13,009 nucleotides of DNA, taken from NCBI GenBank assembly GCA_023246535.1, contig JAHFIF010000001.1, positions 14,688-27,696 of the forward strand, read 5' to 3'. Made by a program: the position numbers and the translations under genes. The notes under the pieces are model-generated. The model was not told the DNA's origin. It ran no database searches and worked only from the letters and a program-made list of their open reading frames with translations. Shown in pieces: positions 12,065 to 13,009 of the stretch; positions within the stretch are counted from its first letter, which is position 1, and every line of letters begins with the position of its first letter. The DNA is from a bacterium (GTDB lineage Bacteria; Patescibacteriota; Patescibacteriia; CAIQCM01).

Positions 12065-12706
12065 ATGTCCACGCCCGACGTTGTTTCGCACGATAAAAAA
12101 GACAAATGGCTCTATTCCGACATTGTTAAGGATCATTTTTTCAATCCCCGCAATTTCATGGTCGATGACGACGGCTACAAGGCCGACGGCATGGGCATGG
12201 TCGGCTCGCCGGCCTGCGGCGACATGATGACCGTTTGGATCAAGGTCGATCCGGCCACGGAACGGGTCGTCGACATGCGGTGGCGCACCTTCGGCTGCGG
12301 TTCGGCGATCGCCTCGACCTCGATGCACTCGGTCATGGTCGTGGAGGACGGCGGCCGGACCATCGACGAAGCGTTGGCCATTCGTCCGCAACACATCATG
12401 GAGCGCCTGGGCGGACTGCCGAACCGGAAGATCCACTGCTCGGTCCTTTCCGACAAAGCCCTGCGTTCCGCCGTCAATGATTATTTCCGGAAGACCGAAC
12501 AGATCAGCCGGATTACGACCGAAGGCGTGCGCGTGATCGACAAAGTCTTGAAGATAACCGATCATGACATTGAAGAAGCGGTCTTGGAAGGCGCCGATTC
12601 GCTCGAGAAAGTGCAGGCGCGCACCAAGGTCGGCACCGGCGACCCGTCCTGTTTGCCGGAAGTCGAACAACTGATAAGATTTTATAAAGAGAAATATTTT
12701 GGCTAA
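12065..12706 (+). CDS. nifU: NifU-type Fe-S cluster scaffold. It has an N-terminal IscU/NifU domain (three conserved Cys) and a C-terminal degenerate BFD-like domain, 213 aa.
   Basis: The scaffold motifs SPACGD, FGCGSAIAS and HCS are present. LPNRK replaces the IscU LPPVK. The ATG at 12065 lies 5 nt after the iscS stop. The ORF track's upstream extension to 11855 overlaps iscS and is rejected. The C-terminal …VGTGDPSC… resembles BFD GTGCGSC with Cys residues lost. Confidence 0.85.
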   Translation: MSTPDVVSHDKKDKWLYSDIVKDHFFNPRNFMVDDDGYKADGMGMVGSPACGDMMTVWIKVDPATERVVDMRWRTFGCGSAIASTSMHSVMVVEDGGRTIDEALAIRPQHIMERLGGLPNRKIHCSVLSDKALRSAVNDYFRKTEQISRITTEGVRVIDKVLKITDHDIEEAVLEGADSLEKVQARTKVGTGDPSCLPEVEQLIRFYKEKYFG

Positions 12707-12709
12707 CCT

Positions 12710-12985
12710 ATGAAATTAAAAATCTCCGTCGATCCCGATCTTTGCTTCGGCGCCGCCTCCTGCGTCACTGTTTCGCCGTCGCATTTTCGCCTGAATGACA
12801 AGAATAAAGCCGAGGTGCTGGAGGAGGGGGGAGACATCATGCCGGGAAATCCGATTTACGAGCGCATTATTGAAGCCGACGAAGCCAAGCGCGACGAATT
12901 GATCCTCTCCGCCCAATCCTGCCCCGTCTCCGCCATCTCCATTTGGGACATGGAAACCGGCGAACGCCTTTACCCGAAAGATTAA
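12710..12985 (+). CDS. Small single-cluster ferredoxin of the Pyrococcus/Thermotoga type (CxxAxxC … CP; 3 Cys ligands), 91 aa.
   Basis: KLKISVDPDLCFGAASCVTV…SAQSCPVSAISI parallels P. furiosus Fd [20 protein letters not shown]…CPVSAITI. The ATG lies 3 nt after the nifU stop, in the same operon. Confidence 0.65.
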   Translation: MKLKISVDPDLCFGAASCVTVSPSHFRLNDKNKAEVLEEGGDIMPGNPIYERIIEADEAKRDELILSAQSCPVSAISIWDMETGERLYPKD

Positions 12986-13009
12986 TCGTTTTTCTGCGTA
13001 GTCGAGTTC

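Noticed and set aside
1-13009. tRNA, rRNA, CRISPR, IS/transposase, integrase and riboswitch-like leaders
   Set aside because: There is no cloverleaf-compatible stretch in any intergenic region and no regularly spaced repeats. There are no transposase or integrase-like ORFs or terminal inverted repeats. Leaders are short (20-90 nt) without conspicuous conserved structure beyond the terminator hairpins.

Overview
High-GC bacterial chromosomal segment, densely coded, with ten clear rho-independent terminators and several good sigma70-type promoters (TTGACA-17-TAnnnT). No rRNA, tRNA, CRISPR array or mobile element was recognised. The gene order is as follows. (1) 1-174 (+): the 3' end of an upstream gene, ending in a Lys/Ala/Pro-rich basic tail. 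(2) 324-1133 (-): a hypothetical protein with beta-carbonic-anhydrase-like Cys/His motifs. (3) 3753-1275 (-): a classic NfeD(YqiJ/YuaF)-flotillin(YqiK/FloT) operon. (4) 3940-4995 (-): an unusual fusion of a YjjX-type ITPase/XTPase domain to a type-I phosphoribosyltransferase. (5) 5149-5625 (-): a small 2-TM membrane protein. (6) 5747-6382 (-): an NfsB-like nitroreductase. (7) 6546-7034 (+): a nucleoside 2-deoxyribosyltransferase/DNPH1-like protein. (8) 7125-8033 (+): an EamA/DMT transporter. (9) 8114-9205 (+): a GT4 glycosyltransferase. (10) 10768-9199 (-): a translationally coupled pair of a membrane-anchored cytochrome-b5-like protein and a NOX/ferric-reductase-type flavocytochrome (6 TM + FAD + NAD(P)H). 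(11) 10845-12985 (+): nifS/iscS - nifU - ferredoxin, divergent from (10) across a 76-bp AT-rich region. The most interesting candidate system is the b5-like/NOX-like pair and its divergent juxtaposition with the Fe-S assembly genes. The ITPase-PRTase fusion and a periodic (HDxx)5 histidine tract in NfeD are also notable. Every product call is from by-eye motif recognition, with no database search.
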